A stretch of 64,000 nucleotides of DNA from Lingula anatina. Its lineage: Eukaryota; Animalia; Brachiopoda. Positions 62,551-64,000 of the stretch are shown one piece after another. The notes beneath the pieces were generated by a model that ran no database searches, was not told the origin of the DNA, and saw only the letters and a program-made list of their open reading frames with translations. Location of the stretch: assembly GCA_051362555.1 (NCBI GenBank), contig CM120643.1, forward strand, positions 6,758,001 to 6,822,000, read 5' to 3'. The position numbers and the translations under genes are program-made. Each line of letters opens with the position of its first letter. The first letter of the stretch is position 1.

Positions 62551-64000
62551 AGAAAGTTAAGAATAAACATGTGACATTTTGCACATCATCTATTACAACT
62601 TTTATGTACATTTATTATAACAAATACAAACAACTACACCATACAGATGTATGCAAAATCCGAACATTACGTTTTGGCTCTACATAAAAAGTAATTTTCA
62701 TAACGACTGCACAATTTGAGATATAACTCAATCTTAAATACAACTATCTACAACTAAATGTGTTGGAGATTCTACGCATTTTGAAAAGTGTCGCTCAAGA
62801 TCAATCGTTTTGGTTTTAATAAAGAACATGAAATCTCCCTTTTTTATATTTTTGCCCAAAGTTAAATGAGAAAGTTGTAGATTCGCAGGGAAGTATTTTA
62901 CAGCAATCGTTCAAAGTTGACATTGGAGTATTTGTCTTATGAGTGAGCCAAAATTTCACCAAGGGACATTTTTATCCAAAATTCAAGGGTGGTGGCAGTA
63001 TGGAAAATTCAAAATGCATATGATCTCATGTAATCGTTTCCCCCGCACACGGGTACACACTCATGACCCGTCAACTAACTGTATGTCACCATGCTGATGA
63101 TCGCGCACAACACCAAACAGCAGTCAAACATTATTCAATTCTGTTAATTTGATGAGTGCTTTTCTTATAGATAAATGGATATGTACCTTATATTTTGCGT
63201 CATTTTTCTTCTCTTAAAATCTTAAAATAGGATTTAGGTGGCACAATTTTGAGTGAACACTTAAATTTATGCGTCGTGCGAATCAAGACCAGCATGAAGA
63301 CATGGTCAGTTTACAACCTTATTCCAGTCATAGTCATTTTTAAGAACAATATGTACACCAAATTAGAAAAGGTTATGCAAAAACAAGTTTACTTGAAATA
63401 ATTAAGCACATTTACTCAGAAAATGCTAATAAACTCAACGGTCTCTGGTTTTCAGTGGTCAAGAAACACTCAACAAAAATAACCCAACAGCACGTGCAGG
63501 ACTGGCACCTAATCAGGCCTTTTGTTCTCAATCACTCCTTGATCCCGATCGAAATATAGAATTAAGAAAGTACCAAGTACAAGATCAACATTAAGTCAAA
63601 CACTGACCTTCCAATTTTGTGGAAATCTTTTACTCTAACCAATCAAAGTGTCATTTTTGAAATAAATTTTTTGTTTTTTCATGTTTGATTAGAAAAAAAA
63701 AAAAAAAAATTAGGCGATTAACTGACCAAGCTTTTTTAATTACTAGGAAATACCCATATCCCCCAAATCAGAACTTTGCGACAACTTTAGTTTCGGATTT
63801 TTCAAAATTTCAACTTGTAAAAGATTCGATAAATGCCAGTTCTACATGTACATTTTAATTGACGCAAAAGGAAACACTTTCTGCTGATCACAGTTTCTCT
63901 TTGTGAGTATTTCCGCTGTGTAATGAAGGTATAAAGTTAATTTCCCTTCTTTAATAAAAAACTTATTAATTGCGAAAAAAACTAACCCAACCCCTGACTT

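Overview
AT-rich, repeat-dense eukaryotic DNA from an invertebrate animal. The repeat landscape (Helentron-like elements with AGGTCA satellites, Kolobok/Harbinger-type MITEs, LINE, Gypsy and Penelope relics) is mollusc/lophotrochozoan-like, but the species cannot be fixed from sequence. I can support two spliced protein-coding genes, neither given correctly by the ORF track. (1) A + strand 12-coding-exon gene (23445-27751) encoding an N-terminal CBM20 starch/glycogen-binding domain, a spacer of duplicated phase-1 micro-exons (one carrying an in-frame TAG) and a basic amphipathic Cys-containing tail. (2) A - strand mitochondrial FAST-kinase-domain/RAP protein (FASTKD5-like; exons 54376-52417, 51695-51554 and probably 45605-45590). 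There is also a dead LDL-receptor class A exon (20852-20965, -), a higher-order satellite (15.9-20.4 kb), a 62-bp minisatellite, a Helentron-like element carrying a 146-bp satellite, and many MITEs. Several MITE boundaries can be confirmed against empty paralogous sites inside the window. No rRNA, intact tRNA or CRISPR array was seen. All family assignments are by eye from remembered motifs; no database search was run.
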